DNA from: a virus | Taxonomy: Duplodnaviria; Caudoviricetes | Direction: 5' to 3' (one strand) | Virus record (IMG/VR): IMGVR_UViG_3300020576_002947 | Span: 64,001-128,000 of that record | Length of the DNA stretch: 64,000 nucleotides | Shown: one piece after another, positions 26,510-35,391 of the stretch | Numbering within the stretch: the first letter of the stretch is position 1 | Layout: each line of letters starts with the position of its first letter | Notes under the pieces: model-generated | What the model was told of the DNA's origin: nothing | Databases searched by the model: none | The model's input: the letters and a program-made list of their open reading frames with translations, nothing else | Position numbers and translations under genes: made by a program

Positions 26510-26827
26510 ATGTCAATTACAATTTTAACTATACTTAGTATTAGTGCTGGCGTAATCGCAAGCTTTTATGATAAATGGAAGAAATACTTTCTTTATAAAG
26601 AATCACTAGGTTTCCTTATCTTTAGTTTACTATGCTCTTTTAGTGTTGCGTCACTCTTCTCAATAACACCTTATAAGATAATCAATCCTTGGAGTGCTTC
26701 TTTTTACAGTACTGTAATAGCTTATGTCTTTTTTAGTGAGCTACATAAATACATTCTTACTTCTTTCTTAGTCCTAATGATTGACATGGAAGATGAGATC
26801 GATTCTTTCCCAGAGCTTAAAAAATGA
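26510..26827 (+). CDS. multi-pass membrane protein
   Basis: About three hydrophobic segments. Confidence 0.6.
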   Translation: MSITILTILSISAGVIASFYDKWKKYFLYKESLGFLIFSLLCSFSVASLFSITPYKIINPWSASFYSTVIAYVFFSELHKYILTSFLVLMIDMEDEIDSFPELKK

Positions 26828-27321
26828 GTGATTTCAAATACAAACCTTTAGAAGAGCATATACTAAAGACAGCCAAAGTTGACACAACAATATCTAGTGT
26901 TAGACTAGAGACCTTAAAGCCACTCTATGACTATACATGTAAGACATATCAAGAGGCTTCTTTTGAGTATGGAAAAGGTCTTAAAAGTTTTCTTGGTGAA
27001 GATCCTGATAGCTTGCTAGAGGATCATGACTTAGAGTATGACGATATATATGATTCAGATGGGATAGATACTAAGTATGTAGGTTTTATCTTAGAAGGTA
27101 CGTTTTTATTTGTGCCTACTGATAAACCAGGTATTTACAATCTTTTTTATGATAGCACTAACTTCATCTCTGTATGTAGACCAAGAGATGTTGACATTAA
27201 ACAAGCTACTTTCATTCAAGGAGATTTTACTATACTAGTTAATCTCTCAGAAGAGTATTTTGGTTATATAGATCGATATGAGTGTTACTACTATAACTAC
27301 TGTGACTTGGCAATGCTATGA
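26824..27321 (+). CDS. hypothetical protein
   Basis: ATGA-coupled. Confidence 0.65.
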   Translation: MSDFKYKPLEEHILKTAKVDTTISSVRLETLKPLYDYTCKTYQEASFEYGKGLKSFLGEDPDSLLEDHDLEYDDIYDSDGIDTKYVGFILEGTFLFVPTDKPGIYNLFYDSTNFISVCRPRDVDIKQATFIQGDFTILVNLSEEYFGYIDRYECYYYNYCDLAML

Positions 27322-27794
27322 AAGAAAACAAAGTAAACGTAATAATTATAGACGATAATCCTATTGTTTATACAGATGATGAAGCTTTCCTTAAAGCAAT
27401 AGACGAGCTAGATAACTCTGGTCTTGATTACGAAACGTTTATCAATTACCCTCTAAACGAATCCCCTGTACGACACTATACTCGAGTTAAGTACAGCTTT
27501 ATAGATGAAGTTATTGTTGAGACTAAGAAGATTACTGTACCTGCTCATTATCAATATCCAAGAGTGAATACAAATCCTGATTATGTAGAATTTGATATTC
27601 CTTCAGAGATTTATATTACTGAGGATATACCAGGTTCATGTAAAGAAATTCTTAACCAAATAGGTTTATATAATGAGTGTATAAGTAAAAGTCGTAAAAC
27701 TCTTATTGACACAAAAGATAACTATCAACCTAAAATATGGAATCTAGTAGAAGATTTAAAAACTATTCTAAAAGACAAAAAAGAAACGGCCTAG
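27318..27794 (+). CDS. hypothetical protein
   Basis: ATGA-coupled, last gene of the + strand block. Confidence 0.65.
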   Translation: MKENKVNVIIIDDNPIVYTDDEAFLKAIDELDNSGLDYETFINYPLNESPVRHYTRVKYSFIDEVIVETKKITVPAHYQYPRVNTNPDYVEFDIPSEIYITEDIPGSCKEILNQIGLYNECISKSRKTLIDTKDNYQPKIWNLVEDLKTILKDKKETA

Positions 27795-27810
27795 TAATAA
27801 GGCCGTTTCT
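27777..27810 (-). terminator. terminator at the convergent strand junction
   Basis: 11-bp stem AGAAACGGCCT/AGGCCGTTTCT. The U-tract follows on the minus strand. Confidence 0.8.
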
Positions 27811-27871
27811 ACCGATTAATGACAGACTACAAAGATCTAAACTGTTTTATCTATTATTCTCTCTTTCTCTG

Positions 27872-28258
27872 TCATTCTCCTAGCTCTCCAACAATCCTAG
27901 TACTATAAAGAACGACAGTACGTCCAGCATCTTCAAAAAGCTTGCGGATCTTTTGATACTCGGTCCATCCATATACCTTTAGGTCAAGCATAAAAGAGTT
28001 TGGATCGTCTTCAGCACTAATCAGGATTATATACTCAGTATCAAGAACAGCGTTTGCTAGCTCGTCCTCAGTTAGTGGAACCTCAACGGTAAACTCATAT
28101 TTAAACGTTCTGACAAGTGACTTATCATCTTGATTAAATGAACCTTCAATATCATTAAAAGCATTTCCAAAACCCCATGCAAAGGAAGGCTCGCCAATTT
28201 CTTTTACCTTAGCAAGAAACTCTTCTAGAGCTTCATGCTGCCAATCAGTATACTTCAT
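27872..28258 (-). CDS. hypothetical protein
   Basis: ORF with AGGAG SD. Confidence 0.7.
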   Translation of the reverse strand: MKYTDWQHEALEEFLAKVKEIGEPSFAWGFGNAFNDIEGSFNQDDKSLVRTFKYEFTVEVPLTEDELANAVLDTEYIILISAEDDPNSFMLDLKVYGWTEYQKIRKLFEDAGRTVVLYSTRIVGELGE

Positions 28259-28292
28259 TAAAAACCACTCCTATATTCAAAATTTTTATTCA

Positions 28293-28952
28293 TTATATTA
28301 ATACCCAGCCTTTCGCTGTTTTTACTTTTCCTCTTAATAAATCACCTAAGTGTGTTCCAGATATTCCTAACTGGTTACTTAAAGAACTTATATCACTATC
28401 TACTACAATAATATCAGAGCCTCTCTGTATTTTTTTACCTAAGTATTTAGCTCTAATTGGTTGATAATCTGATGTACTTAAAATCCAATTACCTGTAGAT
28501 TTAAGATTACCTCTAAGTACCTCAGCCAAATGGAATTGATCCAACTTAAGCTGTTGAGCTAAAGACGAGATAGAGCCTTGGTAATTTTCGATTACTTCAC
28601 CAGATACTACATTTTTAATACTTAGAAGAATTGAATATTGCTCTTTCTTCAGACCACTAAAAGCAGAGTTAGCCTTTTTATTGAGATTAAGACAGTAATC
28701 ATCAGCTCCAAATAAATCAATGTATTCCTGCTCTCGATCAAATTTTATATCTACTGGAACTTCTTCTAGTACCATAAAGTTAGGTTTACCATATTTCTTA
28801 TAGCATCTGTCAACTCTTGTATTATGATGGGTTCCACTTTTAAGCTCCACAAGATGTTTTGCGAATCTAACTTTAGGAAATTGGCTGGTACTTCCTATGT
28901 AATAGTAGGAAGTACCAGGAAACCACAAAAGATAAATACAAGCTTTGACCAT
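28293..28952 (-). mobile_element. free-standing GIY-YIG homing endonuclease gene
   Basis: CIY...YYIGST, R..KH, HHN, REQEYID, LN. Two C-terminal NUMOD1-like repeats (SISSLAQQL..HLAEVLRG..KSTGNW and DISSLSNQL..HLGDLLRG..KTAKGW). Start ATG 28952. Confidence 0.85.
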
Positions 28953-28956
28953 AAAC

Positions 28957-29550
28957 TTAGAAACCGCTTTTAGAAAAATGCATAGCATCACAACGACTGC
29001 CTGACCATCTAGCGCCTGCTGTCCAGCCATAGCTTTCAAAGATCTTAATTACCCACTCAGGCATGGTATATCTATGATTCCCAAGTCCGTTCTTTACAGG
29101 GTTAATATCAATAGCAATACCCCACGAGTGTGAAGATAGCTTACTACCACCACGAACAAGTCGATGGTTATATGTACCACCAAACTCTCTAAGACCTAGC
29201 TTATCAAGCTCCTTAAGAGTAAGCAGATCATAGTCCATTGTAGTAAGACCAGGATTTTCTGCTTTTACTACGAACCTTATATTAAGTGCAATCTCATTTA
29301 GGATATGAGGAAGATCAACAGCCTTCTTATGCACAGTTGCTGTAGTAACGTATGTCTTACTATCCCAAGCAAGTCTCATACTATAAGGCAATACAACCTT
29401 AACAAGATTTTCCTTTTGCCATGAAGCAGATGCTTTTGTGCCTGGATCTCCATATACACGATAGCACGCAGCTCTGGAAGTTGTAGCAGGCTCCAAGTTT
29501 AAAGCTTTAATAGCTTCCAAACTAAATCGTTTAGGGTTATTAATTACCAT
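28957..29550 (-). CDS. endolysin, peptidase M15 family
   Basis: GGTYNHR, SSHSWGIAIDIN and DAMHF zinc-ligand motifs. Confidence 0.88.
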   Translation of the reverse strand: MVINNPKRFSLEAIKALNLEPATTSRAACYRVYGDPGTKASASWQKENLVKVVLPYSMRLAWDSKTYVTTATVHKKAVDLPHILNEIALNIRFVVKAENPGLTTMDYDLLTLKELDKLGLREFGGTYNHRLVRGGSKLSSHSWGIAIDINPVKNGLGNHRYTMPEWVIKIFESYGWTAGARWSGSRCDAMHFSKSGF

Positions 29551-29773
29551 CTTCTTTCACCTTCTTAGAAGCTCGCTTCTTAATAGCATTAACTGCTTTC
29601 TCAATTACAACATTTACTTCTTGCTTTACTTCCTCTTTAGCAAAATCAATAATGACTTCCTTTAGTGGGGGAGTCTCAGTATTCTTCTGCTCTTTCTGCA
29701 GAGTTTTAACTATCTTAGACTCACTACCCCATTTAAATAGAATAGTGAGCCACCTTTTAATCTTTTCAAACAT
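29540..29773 (-). CDS. small basic protein with amphipathic N-terminus, upstream of the endolysin
   Basis: MFEKIKRWLTILFKW. Overlaps the endolysin start. Confidence 0.6.
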   Translation of the reverse strand: MFEKIKRWLTILFKWGSESKIVKTLQKEQKNTETPPLKEVIIDFAKEEVKQEVNVVIEKAVNAIKKRASKKVKEDGN

Positions 29774-29776
29774 AAT

Positions 29777-30370
29777 TTATACCAGCAAATCACCAGCCTT
29801 AGCAGCAATAGGAGTGGTCTGTGCAGCATTGCTAGCACCACTAAGAAACATTGCTGTTAGAATAGCAGTCTTAACCATCTCTTCAGTAAACCTAATATTG
29901 GTGCTGTTGAAGAAGTTTGTAAGGCCAGCACTACGAATAAGCTCATTCATATCCATAAGCTCGTACTGCTTAGCAGTCAGAGTCCTTACGAAGATCTGAA
30001 ACTCATTCAGTCCTTCAAGCTGTTCGGGAGCAGAAGGCATAAAAGCACCAATCTTTTCAGACTGTACCTGAACCTTCTTGAGGTCGTTATTAAGTCCATC
30101 AATGATTGGAGCAAGCTCTTCATCAGTTGGATCTTCATTGATTACACTACGAATAAGCTCAATTGTAACAAAGTTACCTGCTAGCGTATGCTGAATAGCA
30201 GGGCAGAGCTCCTCAATAGCAATTACTGTTAGGATAGGGTCCTTTAGAAGGAAACTACGAATTAGTTCAGGGAGTAGAACTGTCTGAACACTCAGAATCT
30301 GAGCTTCCAGGTCCTGTGTTAGGATCTCCCAACTTTCTTTTCTTGCTTTTACTGCGTCTAGGCTTGTCAT
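29777..30370 (-). CDS. hypothetical helical protein
   Basis: ORF track. Confidence 0.7.
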   Translation of the reverse strand: MTSLDAVKARKESWEILTQDLEAQILSVQTVLLPELIRSFLLKDPILTVIAIEELCPAIQHTLAGNFVTIELIRSVINEDPTDEELAPIIDGLNNDLKKVQVQSEKIGAFMPSAPEQLEGLNEFQIFVRTLTAKQYELMDMNELIRSAGLTNFFNSTNIRFTEEMVKTAILTAMFLSGASNAAQTTPIAAKAGDLLV

Positions 30371-30449
30371 CTTTCAGTACCTTTGGTCTAAGAGCATCTT
30401 CTGCTCTCACTAAATTTCCTTTAGTATCTCTAATGTATATCTCATCCAT
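30267..30449 (-). CDS. possible small hypothetical protein
   Basis: Bridges 30442 to 30370 but overlaps the next gene by about 100 nt. Confidence 0.35.
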   Translation of the reverse strand: MDEIYIRDTKGNLVRAEDALRPKVLKDDKPRRSKSKKRKLGDPNTGPGSSDSECSDSSTP

Positions 30450-30903
30450 TGTTTAATATACGACTTTTGGCAATGTCGTACTCCTTAATTCTTCTATTAG
30501 TCTCAGCTCTGGGAAATCCAAAACCTTTTATTATTTCTTTTACAGTAATCTCTGAGTCTTCAGTAGCTTTCATTACCTCAGGAAGTAGTTTTACTGTATT
30601 TAGAATGTCTTCATAACTCCTTCCTTCAAACTTAAACACTATATCCATGATCCTAGATATATTTGAGATAGAAAGACTTGCTGTTACTGAGGCTCCAGTA
30701 CCTTTAGAAGTACCATACATGATTTGAGGAATCCCATTTGAAACAAATATATCTTCATTAAAGATTCCAACAAAGTTAGTTTTTATACTCTCTCTTTCTG
30801 CAAGGTATAAAATTAAATTGATTGTATTCTCATCAGTTATCTTATACACCTTTTTCAATAAAAATATAGATGCCTGATAACGAGGAGTGGAAAGCTTATT
30901 CAA
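30442..30903 (-). CDS. hypothetical protein with possible C-terminal HTH
   Basis: ITVKEIIKGFGFPRAETNRRIKEY. GAGGTGAT SD before a TTG start. Confidence 0.6.
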   Translation of the reverse strand: MNKLSTPRYQASIFLLKKVYKITDENTINLILYLAERESIKTNFVGIFNEDIFVSNGIPQIMYGTSKGTGASVTASLSISNISRIMDIVFKFEGRSYEDILNTVKLLPEVMKATEDSEITVKEIIKGFGFPRAETNRRIKEYDIAKSRILNNG

Positions 30904-31294
30904 TAATCACCTCTTCCACAACGTTATCTGATACTATACTATACGTTATCTTAGGTAAAATCTTATTAATATAAAGCTTTTGCCCATCTTTCCTAACCAT
31001 GTTGTATAAAGGGGCGGACTCATCGTCTGGGTTACAGAAGAAAATATGCACCTCCTCAGCAAGAGGAAGATTCTTTATTACCTGAACTAAATAATCAAAG
31101 TTTTTAAAATTGATTGTAGTAAGAGGATCTGTTTCATACAGAGTATCTTTTGAGAACTTAGTAAATGTAAAAGTAGAAGCTACTTGTTTTACTTCCGCTA
31201 TTTGGATTTCCTCGCCAGGGTAATTCCCAAGCATAATTCTAGCACTTCTAGATAAGTCTTTTAAGAAATAGCCTATATAGTTATTTTCGATCAT
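30896..31294 (-). CDS. hypothetical protein
   Basis: ATGA-coupled. Confidence 0.65.
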   Translation of the reverse strand: MIENNYIGYFLKDLSRSARIMLGNYPGEEIQIAEVKQVASTFTFTKFSKDTLYETDPLTTINFKNFDYLVQVIKNLPLAEEVHIFFCNPDDESAPLYNMVRKDGQKLYINKILPKITYSIVSDNVVEEVIIE

Positions 31295-31614
31295 AATACA
31301 ATTCCTTCATTTAATGTCATTATTATTACTCTGGAAGTATTACCACCAAAGTTGTACATGTAAGGTATCCGAGTCAGGTACTTATTAGCTCTGATCTCAG
31401 AACTACAAACACCAACAGCTTTATCTAAGTTAATAAAGTGCTTATTTCGTGAACATAGCCACGAACCTTCCTTTTTAAGGTAGGTAGATTTTTTTTGATA
31501 TTTTAAAATATTAAACTTTCTAGACGCAATTTCATCTAGATCAGTAAAATAATCTATCCGTTTACTGTAAAGTTGAGGTGGTATTGCTGAATGAGATTGT
31601 TCCATTGTATTCAA
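31291..31614 (-). CDS. hypothetical protein
   Basis: ORF track. Confidence 0.55.
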   Translation of the reverse strand: MNTMEQSHSAIPPQLYSKRIDYFTDLDEIASRKFNILKYQKKSTYLKKEGSWLCSRNKHFINLDKAVGVCSSEIRANKYLTRIPYMYNFGGNTSRVIIMTLNEGIVL

Positions 31615-32203
31615 ACCCGTAAATCTTTTTTATATCTTCTGAGATAAAATCTAAGTAATCGTTTAGTCTAATATGGTCTAAGGATTTTTCCTTAGCCTTA
31701 ACTAGCTTAACTCTTGTAATCTTCTTATCATTATTTTTCTTTAGCCGGTTACTATATAGTTTTTCTATTTCTGGTGTAAAGTAACAAGGGGTAGAGTATT
31801 CTCTTCTTAGAGTATCAGTAAGTTGGTAAGCCTTGTTTGGTATGGGTATGTGTTTAAACTCAGTAGTATTAAACAAAGCCTTATGTCCGTAGTAATAGTT
31901 TACTGTAAATACAAGCGGTTGATTAAACTTAGGAGCCTGCTCTAAGTAGTTTGCAAAAGATAAATGTTCCCACCAACTCATTAAAGCAGGGGTCTTTGAT
32001 AGAGCTTCTACATTTCTAATTGCTGAATTAAGACCCTTTCCTGTTATAGAAGCAGGATTTAGATTTGGAAATATTAGATTTTCTGCGTTAAATCTGGCAC
32101 TTAGCATAGTAGAGATAAGGGCCTTCCCACTTTTAGGAAGGCCCGATATTTCTATTAATATAGGAGTACTAATAGGCACTTTATTCGTCAGTAGTACCTG
32201 CAT
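31562..32203 (-). CDS. divergent thymidylate-kinase-like P-loop protein
   Basis: IEISGLPKSGKA (atypical P-loop), IFP, G..L, LSFANYLE. The TMK DRY motif appears replaced by VNY. Confidence 0.55.
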   Translation of the reverse strand: MQVLLTNKVPISTPILIEISGLPKSGKALISTMLSARFNAENLIFPNLNPASITGKGLNSAIRNVEALSKTPALMSWWEHLSFANYLEQAPKFNQPLVFTVNYYYGHKALFNTTEFKHIPIPNKAYQLTDTLRREYSTPCYFTPEIEKLYSNRLKKNNDKKITRVKLVKAKEKSLDHIRLNDYLDFISEDIKKIYGFEYNGTISFSNTTSTLQ

Positions 32204-32477
32204 CTAGTTCCTCTGAAAAAGCATCAGGATTTCCATATAGACGCTTTATCCTATTATAAATTACCCAAGATCTTGTAGGGATAACAATTATTACTCCATT
32301 ATCCATAAGAATAACAGAACCAAATTTAGTTCTAGTTGTTGTAAAATCAATAACTAGATTTGGATCAAGCTCTCTTTTTTCTTTAATCAATCTTTTAGTT
32401 TGACGTATTGGATGATTAAAAATTGCTGTTATTCGTCCAATAGGAATAAGGTGTTTTGATGGTAGTACTAGAAACAC
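32181..32477 (-). CDS. remA: RemA/DUF370-family regulator homologue
   Basis: RITAI...KRLIKEKRE...VIDFT..R...SVILMDNGVIIV...I.NRI aligns by eye with RemA RIIAI...IKRIIQEAR...LIDAT.GR.TRAVII.DS.HVILS...TV..RL. Confidence 0.7.
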   Translation of the reverse strand: MFLVLPSKHLIPIGRITAIFNHPIRQTKRLIKEKRELDPNLVIDFTTTRTKFGSVILMDNGVIIVIPTRSWVIYNRIKRLYGNPDAFSEELDAGTTDE

Positions 32478-32863
32478 TAAGCATCCTCAACTTCTATTTT
32501 AACATCATTTTGTACCATAAAGTCTTGAAGTTCTCTTACAGATTCTCTGTACTGCCTATCCCTTTCCTCTTCTAATATAGGATCATACGTTTGAACATTG
32601 TCCTCATTATTGAAGTAAGAAGCATTCATATGATCTTCTAAAACTCTCATATGGTACTGGTAGTCTTCACCAACTGAAGGCTCGGGAACATATCCACCCA
32701 AATCCCTCTTATCAGAAGGTCTTGACTCACACCTATTACAGATAGAATTATTCCTATCATAGTTCTGACATTTCTTAGTTAGTTTACAACTATGAAACAT
32801 GCAGCACCGACTCTGCTGGTCAGTGTTATAGTAAAACCCTCTGATAATTGTTGATGTATTCAT
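32477..32863 (-). CDS. Cys-rich putative zinc-binding protein
   Basis: CCMFHSC.....C........CNRC. Confidence 0.65.
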   Translation of the reverse strand: MNTSTIIRGFYYNTDQQSRCCMFHSCKLTKKCQNYDRNNSICNRCESRPSDKRDLGGYVPEPSVGEDYQYHMRVLEDHMNASYFNNEDNVQTYDPILEEERDRQYRESVRELQDFMVQNDVKIEVEDA

Positions 32864-33291
32864 TATAGGTCGTTAAGATCGGTTCTAGGTAAAGCCTTAT
32901 TCCTGATCCTAGTATCACAATGACCGAACATAAGACTTAGCTCTCTAATAGGTTTATTAGTCCAAGCAAGCTCTTTCTGCAGATCTTCGTCTGTCATCAT
33001 CTCACTTTGCTCCAAACTCATCCTAAATATCTGTAGCGATTGAAGTACCTGACTAGCTAAAATCCTTTTAACTATGTAGTACATCAGAGAATCATTCTCA
33101 GTCTCAGCCTCACACATATTCTTAACTAACTGGACAGCTCTGGGCGCGAGCTTATCAATTAGTCCTAAGATTACCCGTAAGTTTTCATCCCTATTCTCTT
33201 CACTAGCCTGCTCAATAGGTATCACACTTTCCCAGTCAGAGATAAACTCTTTTGAGAACATTTCTTCTAAAATTTGATCTAACGTTAACAT
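32863..33291 (-). CDS. hypothetical protein
   Basis: ORF track. Confidence 0.65.
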   Translation of the reverse strand: MLTLDQILEEMFSKEFISDWESVIPIEQASEENRDENLRVILGLIDKLAPRAVQLVKNMCEAETENDSLMYYIVKRILASQVLQSLQIFRMSLEQSEMMTDEDLQKELAWTNKPIRELSLMFGHCDTRIRNKALPRTDLNDL

Positions 33292-33902
33292 TCTGCCATT
33301 CCCAGCTTAATCATTTTACTTGCAATACTAGCCTTAAACTTTTCATATCTTTTAATAGATAAACCTACTAGTTCCCTGATCTCATTTGCTTTGTATCCTT
33401 GAATATGCCTAGTTATAATGTCTACTTCAGTAGGACAAAAACCTAACCCTGGAAGCTCTGCTAAAAACATTGTATCAGTCGATGTATTATCAATATCCCC
33501 CTTTTCATGGGAATGAACTAACATCCTCTTACCTACTTCCAACTCCTTCTTCGTCTTCTCTATCGCCTTATACACCTTTGTCTTTGAACCGTATCCATAC
33601 TTGAACTTCAAACTAACCCGGATAAAATTGTTAATTAACTTCGATTTTTCAGCACTTGTAGCTTCAGCAGGAAACTTAACTCTAGGTAAAATGTCCTTAA
33701 AGACTGTAACTTTCATATTCTGAACAACATCTTCATAATCTTCCAATCTCTTATCACACAGTACTCTAATCTGTCCTTTTTGAATCATTGACTTAATGAT
33801 CTTGGTGATTAGTACATACATAGTTTCTCCATGAACTGTGGGATTCTCCAGCCATAAGGAGTAAACGTCAAAAGGCTCTGTATTGTCTTTTCCTCTTTTC
33901 AT
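33285..33902 (-). CDS. sigma-70/ECF-like RNA polymerase sigma factor
   Basis: YEDVVQNMKVTVF (region 2.2), NNFI (2.3/2.4), and region-4 HTH PTEVDIITRHIQGYKANEIRELVGLS. Confidence 0.65.
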   Translation of the reverse strand: MKRGKDNTEPFDVYSLWLENPTVHGETMYVLITKIIKSMIQKGQIRVLCDKRLEDYEDVVQNMKVTVFKDILPRVKFPAEATSAEKSKLINNFIRVSLKFKYGYGSKTKVYKAIEKTKKELEVGKRMLVHSHEKGDIDNTSTDTMFLAELPGLGFCPTEVDIITRHIQGYKANEIRELVGLSIKRYEKFKASIASKMIKLGMAEC

Positions 33903-33945
33903 ATTAAATTTGTAGTAGCCTGGATGTCCAGGCTGTTGTTTTTGC

Positions 33946-35046
33946 TTAACTTTGTTCTTGTATAAGCACTCCTGTGATTACAGGAGTAACGCCAGTAGAC
34001 TGTCTACTAAGTGTTATAGTAGCGTCTGTATTATTTATGATGACTGGAAGCTCTGATAATGTTAGCAGGTCTTTGCCTTTTAGGGCTAAAGTACTAATAT
34101 CAAGACCCCAAGGATTGGTTACCTTTAGTACTCCAGTATTGTCAAAGGTCTGACTTAAAAGTCTAACCTTACCAAGACCCATTACTATATTCTCATCAGC
34201 ACTTAGTTTAATTCTAATAGCTGACACTACAGTACCAGGCATGAAAACTCTTAGAGGGCCAGCATTGTTTACCCAAGCATTTGAGTAAAGATCTTGATTA
34301 TACCCAGGAAGGTATGACAAGTCTAGTGTGGTCCAAGTAGATAGATTGCTTGCTTCTGCAGTAAGATAACCTATCTCCTCAATATTACAAGCAAATGCAG
34401 GAAGAGGGTATATCTCTAGACATGTAGGAGCTTTATATTGAGACCCATAAGGAATATCAATTCTAACCCATAAGTATCTTTTAGTACCAGAAATAGTTTC
34501 TAGTTCCTCAACTAAAGGCTGCTTGCATTCTATAAATAGTTCACTATTAGGAGCTTCCCTATAGTCATTCAATGAGTGAGCACTTCCACTTGATTGTGCT
34601 GTCCAAACTCGTATATCTGAGGAAGCTCTTGTAAGTCCATAAAGATCTGTATAGTTTAACAGATCAGTCTCTTCTAGTACGGGAAGAGTAGCTTGCCCAA
34701 AGACTGTTGAGATAGAGCATGTCGTATCGCCCGTCACAACCTGTGAAGAGGAGTGCATGCTTATTAGTGCCATTCCAGAGCTAGAGAGGCTAGAAGCCCT
34801 GCTAGAGAGCGAAGAAACCATGTTCTGTATTCCTAGTGCTGACGCACTGGTAGCTTCTGATAGATCTAGATACGCATTCTGAGCTAAGGTAGCAAAAGCT
34901 TTAAGCTCAGCCGTATCATTAAAGATACCATTAATAAATGATTGTAGCTGCTGACTATTTGAAGTGGCACCACTGCTTACTGTAAGAGGCAGATAAGCCC
35001 CGAATTTTAATGATAAAAATGATCGTTCTAATCTATTCATAGCCAC
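33946..35046 (-). CDS. virion structural protein (baseplate paralogue family A)
   Basis: N-terminal coiled coil, ISTVFGQATLP, C-terminal TPVITGV. Confidence 0.6.
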   Translation of the reverse strand: MAMNRLERSFLSLKFGAYLPLTVSSGATSNSQQLQSFINGIFNDTAELKAFATLAQNAYLDLSEATSASALGIQNMVSSLSSRASSLSSSGMALISMHSSSQVVTGDTTCSISTVFGQATLPVLEETDLLNYTDLYGLTRASSDIRVWTAQSSGSAHSLNDYREAPNSELFIECKQPLVEELETISGTKRYLWVRIDIPYGSQYKAPTCLEIYPLPAFACNIEEIGYLTAEASNLSTWTTLDLSYLPGYNQDLYSNAWVNNAGPLRVFMPGTVVSAIRIKLSADENIVMGLGKVRLLSQTFDNTGVLKVTNPWGLDISTLALKGKDLLTLSELPVIINNTDATITLSRQSTGVTPVITGVLIQEQS

Positions 35047-35390
35047 TTTCTCTTAGTAGTTTTTAGTTGCAGATATTCTTGAAATTCTATCTGAGCTCTT
35101 AAATGAGCTAGCTCTGCTAAAACTGCCGTACTATAAGACAGTCTTGAATTAATTGTTTCGGAGTATGTCACAATACTATCAGCTAAGGTTAAAAAGTTAA
35201 GAACAAAAGCCTGTAGATTCTTTTGGATTAGTGAGAACTTAAATGATTCTCTAGGTCCGTTAAATCTAAATGCAGAGATTGGTATAAACGGAGAGTTTTT
35301 TGCCTCTGCTATATACCAATTATCAACAACGATGTTTTCGTTTCTGACTTGGTAGGCCCCTAAGGTTTCTTTTACTTCGGTTTCGAACAT
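35037..35390 (-). CDS. virion structural protein, putative
   Basis: FRFNGPRES motif followed by a coiled coil, in the structural operon. Confidence 0.55.
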   Translation of the reverse strand: MFETEVKETLGAYQVRNENIVVDNWYIAEAKNSPFIPISAFRFNGPRESFKFSLIQKNLQAFVLNFLTLADSIVTYSETINSRLSYSTAVLAELAHLRAQIEFQEYLQLKTTKRKWL

Positions 35391-35391
35391 T

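Noticed and set aside
28259-29039. Group I intron in the endolysin carrying the GIY-YIG ORF
   Set aside because: The endolysin is complete through DAMHF, there is no non-coding room for a ribozyme core, and no downstream exon is evident. The track's start at 29039 is replaced by ATG 28952.
31562-32203. Guanylate kinase captured together with remA (bacterial remA-gmk synteny)
   Set aside because: The sequence resembles thymidylate kinase (IFP, LSFAN) and lacks the Gmk TTR.PR.GE..G..Y signature.
33917-33934. Hairpin AGCCTGG-ATGT-CCAGGCT as terminator of the structural operon
   Set aside because: The T-rich tail is on the plus strand, opposite to the direction of the flanking genes, so its role is unresolved.
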